Shown piece by piece: positions 9,248-17,701 of a DNA stretch of 64,000 bases (the first letter of the stretch is position 1; the number at the start of each line of letters is the position of its first letter). A model generated the notes under the pieces. That model made no database searches and had not been told where the DNA came from. It saw nothing but the letters and a program-made list of their open reading frames with translations. The stretch is from an uncultured Candidatus Saccharibacteria bacterium (GTDB lineage Bacteria; Patescibacteriota; Minisyncoccia; Minisyncoccales; Staskawiczbacteraceae). The DNA lies in the NCBI GenBank assembly GCA_964366875.1, contig CAYIVF010000001.1, positions 8,123-72,122 of the forward strand, in the 5' to 3' direction. A program made the position numbers and the translations under genes.

Positions 9248-9682
9248 ATGATTGAAAAATATATGGATAAGAATCAGTTGATACATAAATTAAACCAAGC
9301 ACAGGGCATTATTTCCGAGTGTCTTGCCGGCCTGCGAGAAGAAGAAATTAAAAAACCGGAAAAAAACGAGGAGAAGAGGGAAAAAAGTTTAACTATAGAG
9401 ATAGATTTTAGCAAGCCAATTCGTCCCTTTTTTAGGGAGTACACAGAGGGTAAAAGCGGACCTAAGAAATTCACCTTACTCGTTGCATATTCAACAAAAG
9501 GTGATATGTCGCAGTCAGTTTCGTTAAATGAGATCGAAAAACAGTGGAAAAAGATGAAAAGTTTGTTGGGTGGCGATTTCAATCGTTTTTATTCATCTCA
9601 AGCGAAAGATAAAGATTGGGTAGATTCGCCAAAGCAGGGTTTATACGTATTACGTCCGAATTGGAGGGAGGTTCTTAATTAG
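9248..9682 (+). CDS. Hypothetical protein, member 3 of the paralogous array
   Basis: Start chosen at the first ATG after the upstream stop (the track ORF begins at 9200). Shared domain FTLLVAYSTKG...KQGLYVLRPNWREVL. Confidence 0.45.
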   Translation: MIEKYMDKNQLIHKLNQAQGIISECLAGLREEEIKKPEKNEEKREKSLTIEIDFSKPIRPFFREYTEGKSGPKKFTLLVAYSTKGDMSQSVSLNEIEKQWKKMKSLLGGDFNRFYSSQAKDKDWVDSPKQGLYVLRPNWREVLN

Positions 9683-9685
9683 TTT

Positions 9686-10399
9686 ATGAATTTGCCACAA
9701 AATATAACAATTTTTCTCAAACAGTTCCCGCTTAAAGATATGAGTGGCGAGCAGGTTTTTGTGGCAATCTGCTATTATCTCGCAGGCGCGAAAAAGAGTG
9801 TTGAAGTTGAGGTACAAGATATAAAAAGTAAATGGAGTAAAACTCTAATAGGCAAAACTTACAATCCGGCATTTGCATATCGCGCCCAAAGATATTTAAA
9901 CCCTTGTGGCAAGGGGAGGGTATGTTTGACCGATGAAGGAATTGAATATATTGAGCCTTTGATTCAACCGACATTATTGTCTAGAATCGGACTCACTGTG
10001 TTCAAAAAGGGCAGTGCTTATTCATTTGATAAGTTTCTGCGCGGCATTTTTAAGAAAGCAACGAAAAATGTTGGTATTGCAGATACATATGTAGCCGGAA
10101 ACATTTTTGACAACCTTTTAGATGAAATTCCTAAGACTGTGCCGATTCAGTTTCTTTACGGGAGTGATACTGGCGGATTTACTTCCAAGTCTATACGATT
10201 TGCCAAAGAATATAATTTTCAAATGAAAGAGAGTAGGCAATTTCACGACCGTTTTATCATAGTTGATGGCAGGGGCTATATCATAGGCCCATCATTAAAG
10301 GATGCGGCAGACAAGAAACCATCCACACTAGTTGTTTTAAGCGATTCTGATTCCAGAAAGTTAGTTAGTCTTTTTTTAGATTTATGGAGCGGCAAGTAA
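9686..10399 (+). CDS. Hypothetical protein, member 4 of the paralogous array, with a C-terminal PLD-like (HxR...D...G.S) motif
   Basis: 237 aa. N-terminal shared domain (VFVAICYYLAGAKK...KGRVCLTDEGIEYIE). C-terminal FHDRFIIVDGRGYIIGPSL matches the HxKx4Dx6GS spacing of phospholipase-D family nucleases with K replaced by R. Confidence 0.4.
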   Translation: MNLPQNITIFLKQFPLKDMSGEQVFVAICYYLAGAKKSVEVEVQDIKSKWSKTLIGKTYNPAFAYRAQRYLNPCGKGRVCLTDEGIEYIEPLIQPTLLSRIGLTVFKKGSAYSFDKFLRGIFKKATKNVGIADTYVAGNIFDNLLDEIPKTVPIQFLYGSDTGGFTSKSIRFAKEYNFQMKESRQFHDRFIIVDGRGYIIGPSLKDAADKKPSTLVVLSDSDSRKLVSLFLDLWSGK

Positions 10400-10480
10400 A
10401 GATTAAGGAGGAATGTAAGGTGCTTGAAGTCATGCTTCAGTATCTGCTAGAGCCCGAGCTTGAATAATCCTGAATATGAC

Positions 10481-10501
10481 TTGGCCGACAAAAAAATTAG
10501 G
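10481..10501 (+). repeat. Repeated intergenic module, half-copy E1 (ttggccgacaaaaaaattagg)
   Basis: Near-identical to 10939-10960, immediately upstream of a gene start. Confidence 0.6.
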
Positions 10502-10509
10502 AGAAATTT

Positions 10510-10935
10510 ATGAAAAATTTAGATAGAAGTTTAGACAGCATAAAAGAGGCTAAAAAATTTTCTCTGGAAATGAAAATTTCTGCTTTACAGGAACTTATTT
10601 TGCAGAGATTTCAAGCACTTACAACGATTAGCTCGATAAGTTTTGCCGTTGCTGGAATTATAATTTCAACCAGAGGCGATCTAATCCGGAATGAAAAGCT
10701 TGCTTTTTTCTCGGCGGCCTTATTTATCGTTATTGCTATTACCAGCTTTGGACGGCATCTATGTTTGATTCGTAGCGACATCAAGGCCATAGCTAAAAAG
10801 ATAAAAGATTTACCAGGCGAAGATTGGAGCAAGCCGCTTGAAGAAAAAGAGTTTAAGGCCGATTGGTGGCCAGAAATATTGTATATCATTTTAGTTATTG
10901 GTGTTTTGTTATTCGGCTTATCTTTTTGTTTATGA
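10510..10935 (+). CDS. Small integral membrane protein (three predicted TM helices)
   Basis: 141 aa with hydrophobic stretches ISSISFAVAGIIIST, FFSAALFIVIAITSF, ILYIILVIGVLLFGLSF. Confidence 0.5.
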   Translation: MKNLDRSLDSIKEAKKFSLEMKISALQELILQRFQALTTISSISFAVAGIIISTRGDLIRNEKLAFFSAALFIVIAITSFGRHLCLIRSDIKAIAKKIKDLPGEDWSKPLEEKEFKADWWPEILYIILVIGVLLFGLSFCL

Positions 10936-10938
10936 AGA

Positions 10939-10996
10939 TTTGGCCAACAAAAAAATTAGGTCGAAAAATTAATTGAGAAATAATAAAAAATATGGC
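10939..10996 (+). repeat. Repeated intergenic module, full copy E2 (ttggccaacaaaaaaattagg + gaaaaattaattgagaaataataaaaaatatggc)
   Basis: First half matches E1 (10481-10501); second half matches E3 (11708-11740). Confidence 0.6.
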
Positions 10997-11159
10997 AAAG
11001 AAAATAAAAGAATCTGAAGGTTTTATAGTTAACTGGGGGAAGAAAAAAAGTAGAATGGTATTTTTCGTACGTTATAAAGATTTAGTTCCTCCAACTCCGG
11101 TTGATCCAATAGACCTTCCGAGGTTTCTTATTGATAAGATTAAGAAAATCAAAAAATAA
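10992..11159 (+). CDS. Small hypothetical protein (55 aa, MAKKIKESEGFIVNWGKKKSRMVFFVRYKDLVPPTPVDPIDLPRFLIDKIKKIKK)
   Basis: ORF found by manual translation directly after module E2; below the 60-aa track cutoff. Confidence 0.3.
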   Translation: MAKKIKESEGFIVNWGKKKSRMVFFVRYKDLVPPTPVDPIDLPRFLIDKIKKIKK

Positions 11160-11172
11160 AAAAGAGAAAAAT

Positions 11173-11724
11173 ATGATTGGTTTTTGGCACCCATTTGGTC
11201 CTCACGGGGGAGAAACGCGGAAACAAATTATTGAACGAAAACGTAAAGAAATTCAAAAGAACAGATGGACCCTTTGGTCTTTTCAGTACAGAACGGATAA
11301 AACATTAAATCAATGGATTGCTCAAATTAAAAAGAATAAGGGTCGTGTTTTTGTTTTCTGTTCTGACAGCGAGGGCGCGCGCGATCCAAAAGGTAAGAAA
11401 TTTTACGCTAAGCAATTTAGGTATCCTACATCTAGTACATGGAACAATATTCCATCTGCAATTGGTATCCCACATCCCTTCGGTAAAAAACCCCTCGCTT
11501 GCGCCTTCAAAGTAAAAAGCATTTATAATCCAGAAGTAATCAGAATACCGAAAGGGATTAAATGGCTTTGTGTGGGAGAAAATAAGTGGAGAGAGGATAA
11601 ATTACCCACCAGGGGAGAATATTTGTTAAAATCAGATGGCAGGTGCAAATTAAGGAAGGTTTATAAAATTTTAGAGTTAGTTTTTCCTTACTTGGTAGTT
11701 ATAAAAAGTCAAAAAATTAATTGA
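11173..11724 (+). CDS. Hypothetical protein
   Basis: Track ORF 11131-11724 overlaps the preceding small ORF; the internal Met (MIGFWHPFGPHGG...) is the more likely start. No recognisable domain. Confidence 0.4.
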   Translation: MIGFWHPFGPHGGETRKQIIERKRKEIQKNRWTLWSFQYRTDKTLNQWIAQIKKNKGRVFVFCSDSEGARDPKGKKFYAKQFRYPTSSTWNNIPSAIGIPHPFGKKPLACAFKVKSIYNPEVIRIPKGIKWLCVGENKWREDKLPTRGEYLLKSDGRCKLRKVYKILELVFPYLVVIKSQKIN

Positions 11725-11740
11725 GAAATAAAAATATGGC
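11708..11740 (+). repeat. Repeated intergenic module, half-copy E3 (gtcaaaaaattaattgagaaataaaaatatggc)
   Basis: Matches the second half of E2. Confidence 0.6.
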
Positions 11741-11816
11741 GATAGTCAAAAAGAAGCAATTGAAAAGAATGGATTGTATATAATTCAATTAACGGATTAA
11801 AATTTTTAATAAAAAA

Positions 11817-12056
11817 ATGGACGGGCAGAAGAGGGAAAATGTAAAAATTGGTGCGGAGGTGGATATTGTACTTAAGAAAGATCAGCCGACTGGAAAGCTT
11901 ACTCGCGGAAAAGTGGCGGAGATTTTGACGAGCGACAGTTTTCATCATCGCGGGGTTAAAGTGCGGTTGGAAGATGGCCAAGTCGGCAGGGTACAAAAAG
12001 TTTATCCATCATTCCCCAAGATAAATGGTCAAGAATATCAAGAAGGCATAATATAA
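11817..12056 (+). CDS. YwbE-like small protein (DUF2196 family)
   Basis: 79 aa. KIGAEVDIVLKKDQPTGKLTRGKVAEILT...GVKVRLEDGQVGRVQKV matches the YwbE family pattern. Confidence 0.6.
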   Translation: MDGQKRENVKIGAEVDIVLKKDQPTGKLTRGKVAEILTSDSFHHRGVKVRLEDGQVGRVQKVYPSFPKINGQEYQEGII

Positions 12057-12090
12057 ATTAAAAATCGCCGCCGCGGCGATTTTTAATTTA
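12057..12090. terminator. Bidirectional intrinsic terminator (aaaaatcgccgccgcggcgattttt)
   Basis: GC-only perfect hairpin flanked by A-run and T-run. Confidence 0.7.
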
Positions 12091-12098
12091 TAAAGGGT

Positions 12099-12167
12099 TG
12101 ACATCAGCTTTTATAATTATTATAATTTAAAAATCATAGCACACCTTAACCAAGGAAAGGAGGTGAG
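12099..12167 (+). promoter_or_regulatory. Consensus sigma70 promoter (TTGACA-17-TATAAT) followed by consensus Shine-Dalgarno AAGGAGGTGA
   Basis: TTGACA 12099-12104, TATAAT 12122-12127, AGGAGGTGA 12159-12167. No convincing ORF immediately follows. Confidence 0.5.
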
Positions 12168-12600
12168 TATAAAAGCACGACACAAAAGCACGACCAATTC
12201 GTAGGTGGGTTGTCGGAAGGGCAGAGAAGAGGCACTGTTTTTACAGCTTCTCTAACCCCTTTGCGAAGGATCGACCCTATGTCCAAGAAGATCAAGCGTA
12301 TGTCGTCATTGACGCCCGAAGAAAGAGAGTTTATCTGTTCCCACGCGCTCCCTGATGGGGACACTGTAGGCGGCAATCATGTCTACCGTGTCCGCCAGCT
12401 CTTTCACGGAAAGTTTGGCTTTCGGGTCGGCGATGCGACGGTACGTCGTCTTCTGACACAGAAACACTGGCGCAACGGAAATGGTTCTGGCAGCGGGGCG
12501 CAGCCGCCTCGCTACAAGCGGCCGAGTGTTGCGCTTTTGATCCATTAGGGATCATCGCCTTTCTTTTTTCGCATGAGCTGCGGCAAACCCTGTCGTAGCT
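12150..12600. other. GC-rich island of about 450 bp with overlapping ORFs on both strands; possible degraded foreign gene or mobile-element remnant
   Basis: Abrupt rise in GC relative to flanks. Track ORFs 12210-12548(+), 12306-12545(-) and 12331-12555(-) overlap one another. The + frame has an HTH-like stretch (FGFRVGDATVRRLL). Confidence 0.3.
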
Positions 12601-12688
12601 CTCTCTTTTTTTTACAAAAAGAATAGGGGCTTGTGCTAAGCTGAAAAATATGCTAAAATGAAGAATAAAAATTTAAGAAAATAGAAAA

Positions 12689-13237
12689 ATGACAGAAAAC
12701 AAATATTTATCTTTTACCTGGGAGCTTTTTAAGATAGCGGTCATTGCTTTAGTGATAGTGCTGCCTATCCGCTATTTTTTATTCCAGCCGTTTATAGTGA
12801 AAGGAGAATCAATGTCGCCCAATTTTAAATCGGGAGACTATTTGATAGTTGACGAAATCTCTTACAGGTTTGCGGAGCCCTCTAGAGGCGATGTTATTGT
12901 TTTTAAATATCCTAAAGACACAACTCAGAAGTTTATAAAACGGGTGATTGGATTGCCCAATGAAACAGTGGATATAAAAGATGGGCAGATTTCAATAATG
13001 AAAGACGGCAAAAGCTCTGTATTAAATGAAAACTATCTTCCTAAAGATTTAAAGACATACGGAACCGTAAACATTGCTCTGGGCTCTGGCGAGTTTTTCG
13101 TATTAGGAGACAACAGGGAATATTCTTACGACTCTCGAGTATGGGGAGTTATGCCAAAAAAAGATATAATAGGCAAAGCATTCTTGAGGATTTTCCCGGT
13201 AGCAGCCTTGTCTGGAATACCTAGCCCTGCTTATTAA
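12689..13237 (+). CDS. lepB: Signal peptidase I
   Basis: 182 aa. N-terminal TM, catalytic Ser motif GESMSPN, RGDVIVFKYP, KRVIGLPNETV, GDNR...S. Confidence 0.85.
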   Translation: MTENKYLSFTWELFKIAVIALVIVLPIRYFLFQPFIVKGESMSPNFKSGDYLIVDEISYRFAEPSRGDVIVFKYPKDTTQKFIKRVIGLPNETVDIKDGQISIMKDGKSSVLNENYLPKDLKTYGTVNIALGSGEFFVLGDNREYSYDSRVWGVMPKKDIIGKAFLRIFPVAALSGIPSPAY

Positions 13238-13250
13238 TCATATTTTTTTC

Positions 13251-14531
13251 ATGAGCAAAATAAGGTTTCAAAGTTTAACCGGCATGCACGATATCTTGCC
13301 CGAAGACCAGGTCTATTTTAAAAAGCTCCAAAAAGCAGTAGAAGCTATTGTTGACTATTACGGGTATGAAAAGATAGAAACCCCTATTTTAGAGTTGACT
13401 GAAGTTTTTTCAAAAGCAGTTGGCCAAAATACAGATATTGTGGAAAAGCAAATGTACACATTCAGGACAAAAGGAGGAGATTTAGTTTCTTTAAGGCCCG
13501 AAGGTACGGCTGCCATAATGAGAAGTTATATTGAGCATGGAATGCACAATTTGCCGCAGCCCGTAAAGCTTTGGTATTTGGGCCCATTTTTCAGATATGA
13601 AAGGCCGCAGGCAGGCAGATTCAGGCAGTTTCACCAGTTTGGTTTTGAAGCGTTAGGCGAACAAAACCCTTCTATAGACGGACAGATTATACAGATGAGC
13701 TACGATGTTTTAAAAGGATTAGGTTTTAAGAATATAAAAATAGAAGTTAACTCAATTGGAGATTCAGAATGCCGTCCGTATTTTAAAAAAATATTGGCTA
13801 GCTATTTCAGATCCCGAAGAGCATCCCTGTGTTCTGACTGCCAGAGAAGATTAAAAGATAATCCCTTGAGGATTTTGGATTGCAAAGAAGAAAAGTGCCA
13901 GAGAGTAAAAGCGGGAGCTCCCCAGATAATTGACCATCTTTGCGAAAACTGCCATGCGCATTTCAAGCAGGTGTTAGAGTTTTTAGACGAATTGGAGCTG
14001 CCCTACACCTTGAATCCATATTTGGTAAGAGGATTAGATTACTATACTAAAACAGTTTTTGAGATTGTAGAAAATTCCGAAACTGGCCAAGCGCAGGGAG
14101 CTTTACTGGGCGGAGGCAGGTATGACAACTTAGCAAAGACATTAGGCGGCAGAGATACTCCGGCTTGCGGGGCGGCAGGAGGAGTAGAGCGCATAATATC
14201 TTTAATTAAAGCCAAAGAAACCAAAACCCTTCCAAAACAAGAGCCTAAAATATTTTTAGCTCAATTGGGGCAACTGGCGAAAAGAAAAAGCATGAAGCTG
14301 TTTGAGGAATTCAGAGCAGCTAAAATACCGGTAGCTGAATCATTTTCAAAAGATTCATTGAAGACGCAATTAAGGACCGCCAATAAAATGGGAATAAGAT
14401 GGGTTTTGATTTTTGGCCAAAAAGAAGCATTGGAAGATTTTATTACTTTGAGAGATATGGATACTGGCACTCAAAAAGAAATAAAACTTGACAAGGTCGT
14501 AAAAGAAATGAAAACTAAAATTAAAAAGTAG
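13251..14531 (+). CDS. hisS: Histidyl-tRNA synthetase with a Cys-rich (zinc-ribbon-like) insertion
   Basis: 426 aa. Class II motifs (RPEGTAAIMRSY, FRYERPQAGRFRQFHQFG, GGGRYD). Insertion CRPYF...CSDCQRR...CKEEKCQ...CENCHAHF. Confidence 0.85.
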   Translation: MSKIRFQSLTGMHDILPEDQVYFKKLQKAVEAIVDYYGYEKIETPILELTEVFSKAVGQNTDIVEKQMYTFRTKGGDLVSLRPEGTAAIMRSYIEHGMHNLPQPVKLWYLGPFFRYERPQAGRFRQFHQFGFEALGEQNPSIDGQIIQMSYDVLKGLGFKNIKIEVNSIGDSECRPYFKKILASYFRSRRASLCSDCQRRLKDNPLRILDCKEEKCQRVKAGAPQIIDHLCENCHAHFKQVLEFLDELELPYTLNPYLVRGLDYYTKTVFEIVENSETGQAQGALLGGGRYDNLAKTLGGRDTPACGAAGGVERIISLIKAKETKTLPKQEPKIFLAQLGQLAKRKSMKLFEEFRAAKIPVAESFSKDSLKTQLRTANKMGIRWVLIFGQKEALEDFITLRDMDTGTQKEIKLDKVVKEMKTKIKK

Positions 14532-14532
14532 T

Positions 14533-14751
14533 ATGGTTTTACAAGTAAGAAGAAAAGAAAGAGAAACTTCCCAAAATTTAGTTCACCGTTTTACTAAGGT
14601 TGTAAGGCAATCAGGAGTTTTGCTCCAAATAAGGTCTAAGCAGTTTCACAAGAGGCCTAAGTCAGCCTTGGCAAAAAAGAGAAGCGCTTTAAGGCGAGTT
14701 GAACTTAAAGCCGAGAGAATAAAGCAAGACAAGTTAGCCAAACCCAAGTAA
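14533..14751 (+). CDS. rpsU: 30S ribosomal protein S21
   Basis: 72 aa, basic; VRRKERETSQNLVHRFTKVVRQSGVLLQIRSKQFHKRPK matches S21. Confidence 0.75.
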   Translation: MVLQVRRKERETSQNLVHRFTKVVRQSGVLLQIRSKQFHKRPKSALAKKRSALRRVELKAERIKQDKLAKPK

Positions 14752-14752
14752 T

Positions 14753-15250
14753 ATGTTAAAGCAGCAAATTCAAAATGCCGTGAATGAGGCATTAAAATCA
14801 GGCGACCAGCTGATGGCTGGCACCCTGCGCATGCTTTTAGCTTCTGTTATTACAAAAGAAAAAGAGAAGAGATATAAAATTTCAAAGCAAAAACCAGAAT
14901 TGAAAGAAGAAAATTTAGTAAAAGAATCTTTTTTGACAGATGAGGAAATAATTGAAGTTATATCCTCTGAAATTAAAAAAAGGAAAGACGCTGTAGTTTT
15001 ATATGAAAAAGGCAATAGGCAGGAATTGGCAGACAAAGAAAAAAAAGAAATTGAAGTTCTAAAGAAATATTTGCCAGAGCAGTTGCCAGAAGAGGAGCTA
15101 AAGAAATTAGTTGAAGAATCAATCAGCAATGTGGGGGCTAAAGAAATAAAAGATATGGGAAGAATTATGGCAGACTTAATGCCAAAAGTAAAAGGCAAGG
15201 CAGATTCAGGCGAAATCTCAAGAATTATAAAAGAGCTATTATCTAAATAA
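14753..15250 (+). CDS. yqeY: GatB/YqeY-domain protein
   Basis: 165 aa; conserved rpsU-yqeY arrangement; N-terminal KSGD...LRMLLA pattern. Confidence 0.7.
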   Translation: MLKQQIQNAVNEALKSGDQLMAGTLRMLLASVITKEKEKRYKISKQKPELKEENLVKESFLTDEEIIEVISSEIKKRKDAVVLYEKGNRQELADKEKKEIEVLKKYLPEQLPEEELKKLVEESISNVGAKEIKDMGRIMADLMPKVKGKADSGEISRIIKELLSK

Positions 15251-15251
15251 C

Positions 15252-15285
15252 AAAAAGAGCCCGGTGGATACCGGGCTTTTTGTTT
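15252..15285 (+). terminator. Intrinsic terminator (agcccggtggataccgggct + T-run)
   Basis: 8-bp GC stem then tttttgttt, directly after the yqeY stop. Confidence 0.75.
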
Positions 15286-15409
15286 AATTCGGCTTTACGA
15301 AGAAGGTTGCAAAAGTTTGACAAAATAATGGAATTTTAGTAGGGTAATTTATTGTTCCTTGTGTCACAAGTGTTGCTCTTTACATCGCAAACCATGGGAG
15401 GATGTTGCT

Positions 15410-15967
15410 ATGCACAATCCAAGATTTAGAGATGCTCTGAGCGAACAGTTTGATGCCACGGAAGTTCAGCAAATTGTTGACTTCGTGGAGAAAGGTTTTT
15501 CTCTGAACGGAGAAATTGTTGTTGTTAGCGTTTTTTTCTATGCCAAAGAGCATGGGAAATCGCTAGACGAGGTTTTTGCGGTTTGCGAAGCAGAATGGAT
15601 GAGAAGCTGGAAGTATCAGCACCCCGACATAAAGGGCGATCCTGATGCTCCCGGTGCTGCAGGACTTCAAAACAGGGTTTCGCTGGTCAATATCTACAAC
15701 GCGCTTGGAATTCCCAACCCTCACGAAGAGGGCAGAAAGATTCCCAAGGAACCGCTGATAATGAAGACCAGAAACTCGACCTACAGAATTGGTCCGGCAG
15801 ATGAAAACGGCGAACGGACCATAGCCAGAGATGGAAAGCCATTGGCATTCTCTCGTTGCAAGATAATCTTTCTCGCCAAAGGAAAGATCATGCAATGTGT
15901 GCCGCTCGGTTGCGCTGATATCCAGCAGTGGACCACATCTTGCATAGAGTCAGTAACTGTTGGTTGA
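15410..15967 (+). CDS. Hypothetical protein encoded in a GC-rich island
   Basis: Track ORF from 15359; likely start MHNPRF at 15410, preceded by GGAGG. Composition is markedly GC-richer than neighbours. No recognisable domain. Confidence 0.45.
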   Translation: MHNPRFRDALSEQFDATEVQQIVDFVEKGFSLNGEIVVVSVFFYAKEHGKSLDEVFAVCEAEWMRSWKYQHPDIKGDPDAPGAAGLQNRVSLVNIYNALGIPNPHEEGRKIPKEPLIMKTRNSTYRIGPADENGERTIARDGKPLAFSRCKIIFLAKGKIMQCVPLGCADIQQWTTSCIESVTVG

Positions 15968-16060
15968 TGCCAACGAGTTTCGACTTATTTTCTCTATTGG
16001 CTTACGACTCCGGTCGCGAGCCTTTTTATTTTCTTTCAAAAATAGGTTAAAATAGAAGAA

Positions 16061-16468
16061 ATGATTGAAATAAACAATCTTACAGGTTTTTCTGTGGATA
16101 AAAAATTTTTCACAGGGGTTGCAAAAAAAGTTTTAAAAGGCGAAAATAGAGGAAGAGAAAAAATATCTCTGGCTTTTGTTAATAAAGAAGAGATAAAAAA
16201 ACTTAACAAAAAATTCCGAAAGAAGAACGAAGCTACTGATGTTCTATCGTTTGAATTAAAAGAAAAGGATTTTTTAGGCGAAATCGTTATTTGTCCGGAA
16301 ATTGTAAAAGAAAACGCCACCAAGCGCAAAACGGCCGCAAAGCAAGAAATGGCAAAAGTATTTATACATGGTATTTTGCACTTGCTGGGGTATGAGCACG
16401 AAAAAACGAACAAGGATGCGGAAATAATGGAAAAAAAACAAGAAAAGTATTTATCAAAGCTCAGCTAG
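16061..16468 (+). CDS. ybeY: Endoribonuclease YbeY (rRNA maturation)
   Basis: 135 aa. HGILHLLGYEHE zinc-binding motif. Confidence 0.85.
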   Translation: MIEINNLTGFSVDKKFFTGVAKKVLKGENRGREKISLAFVNKEEIKKLNKKFRKKNEATDVLSFELKEKDFLGEIVICPEIVKENATKRKTAAKQEMAKVFIHGILHLLGYEHEKTNKDAEIMEKKQEKYLSKLS

Positions 16469-16471
16469 TTT

Positions 16472-17695
16472 ATGTCTAGAGGTAACATTGTTGCCGGTTT
16501 AGATATCGGAACAGGCAGTATTAAAGCATTGGTTGCCCAAAAGAAAGGAAAAGATTGGGAGGTTTTGTCATATGCAGAAATTCCTTCATTTGGTTTAAGA
16601 AAAGGAGCTGTAGTTGACATAGAAGAAACTTCAAAGAACGTGCAATTAATAATGTCTGGAATTGAGAAAGATTGCAACAGAAGAGTCAGCTCTGTGTTTG
16701 TAAATATTGGAGGCAATCATCTTTATGTTACTCCGTCTGACGGCATCATCTCTGTTTCCAGGGCCGACCAAAGAATTTCTAAAGAAGACGTTGAAAGAGT
16801 TTTACAGGCCACTAGAGCTGTTAATATTCCTTCCAATGAAGAGGTTCTTGATGTCTTCCCCCGAGAATTTATTATTGACGACCAAAAAGGCATAAAACAG
16901 CCTTTAGATTTAACTGGCGTAAGATTAGAGGCAAAAGTTCTGCTGCTTTGCGTTTTTTCTCCGTATTTTGTAAAACTTACTCAATCTGTTTTAAATGCTA
17001 AACTGCAGATTAATGATGTGGTGCCTTCTCCCTTGGCTGCTGCAAAAGCTGTTTTGACACCTCAGCAAAAAGAACTGGGAGTTGCCTTAATTGATATTGG
17101 AGCTAACACCACGAGCCTGGCGGTTTTTGAAGAGGGAGATTTGATACATCTTGCCGTATTTCCAATAGGGTCAGCTAACATTACAAATGACATTGCCATT
17201 GGTCTGCGCACCGAAGTGCCAATTGCAGAATCTATTAAAAAACAGCACGGCACATGTATGTTTGCTAAAACAGATAAAGACAAAAAAGAGCAATCTCGCA
17301 AAAAAATTGAAGTTTTTGATAAATCGTCTTCACTGTCTTTCACAAAAAAGAACTTAGTGGATATTATTGAGCCAAGGGTTTCTGAAATTTTAGATTTGAT
17401 TCAAAAAGAATTAAAAAAGATTGGCAGGCAGGAGCTTTTGCCCGGAGGAATTGTTTTAACCGGGGGCGGAGCTAAAATTCCAAGAATAAAAGAGCTTACA
17501 AAAGATACTTTAAAACTTGCCTGTGAAATAGGCATACCAAAAGGAATAATGGGGTTAGAAGAAGATCCTTCATTGGCCACTGTTGCGGGGTTGGCCTTAG
17601 GAGGGGTTGATTTTGATGAAGAAGCAGGTATACTGGGAGTTGCAAAGGGATGGGGCGCTAGAATTAAAAAGTTTTTCAGGGCCTTTATTCCTTAA
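16472..17695 (+). CDS. ftsA: Cell division protein FtsA
   Basis: 407 aa. Actin-like ATPase motifs (GLDIGTGSIKALVA, DIGANTTSLAVF, VLTGGGAK); located directly upstream of ftsZ. Confidence 0.85.
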   Translation: MSRGNIVAGLDIGTGSIKALVAQKKGKDWEVLSYAEIPSFGLRKGAVVDIEETSKNVQLIMSGIEKDCNRRVSSVFVNIGGNHLYVTPSDGIISVSRADQRISKEDVERVLQATRAVNIPSNEEVLDVFPREFIIDDQKGIKQPLDLTGVRLEAKVLLLCVFSPYFVKLTQSVLNAKLQINDVVPSPLAAAKAVLTPQQKELGVALIDIGANTTSLAVFEEGDLIHLAVFPIGSANITNDIAIGLRTEVPIAESIKKQHGTCMFAKTDKDKKEQSRKKIEVFDKSSSLSFTKKNLVDIIEPRVSEILDLIQKELKKIGRQELLPGGIVLTGGGAKIPRIKELTKDTLKLACEIGIPKGIMGLEEDPSLATVAGLALGGVDFDEEAGILGVAKGWGARIKKFFRAFIP

Positions 17696-17701
17696 AGATT
17701 T

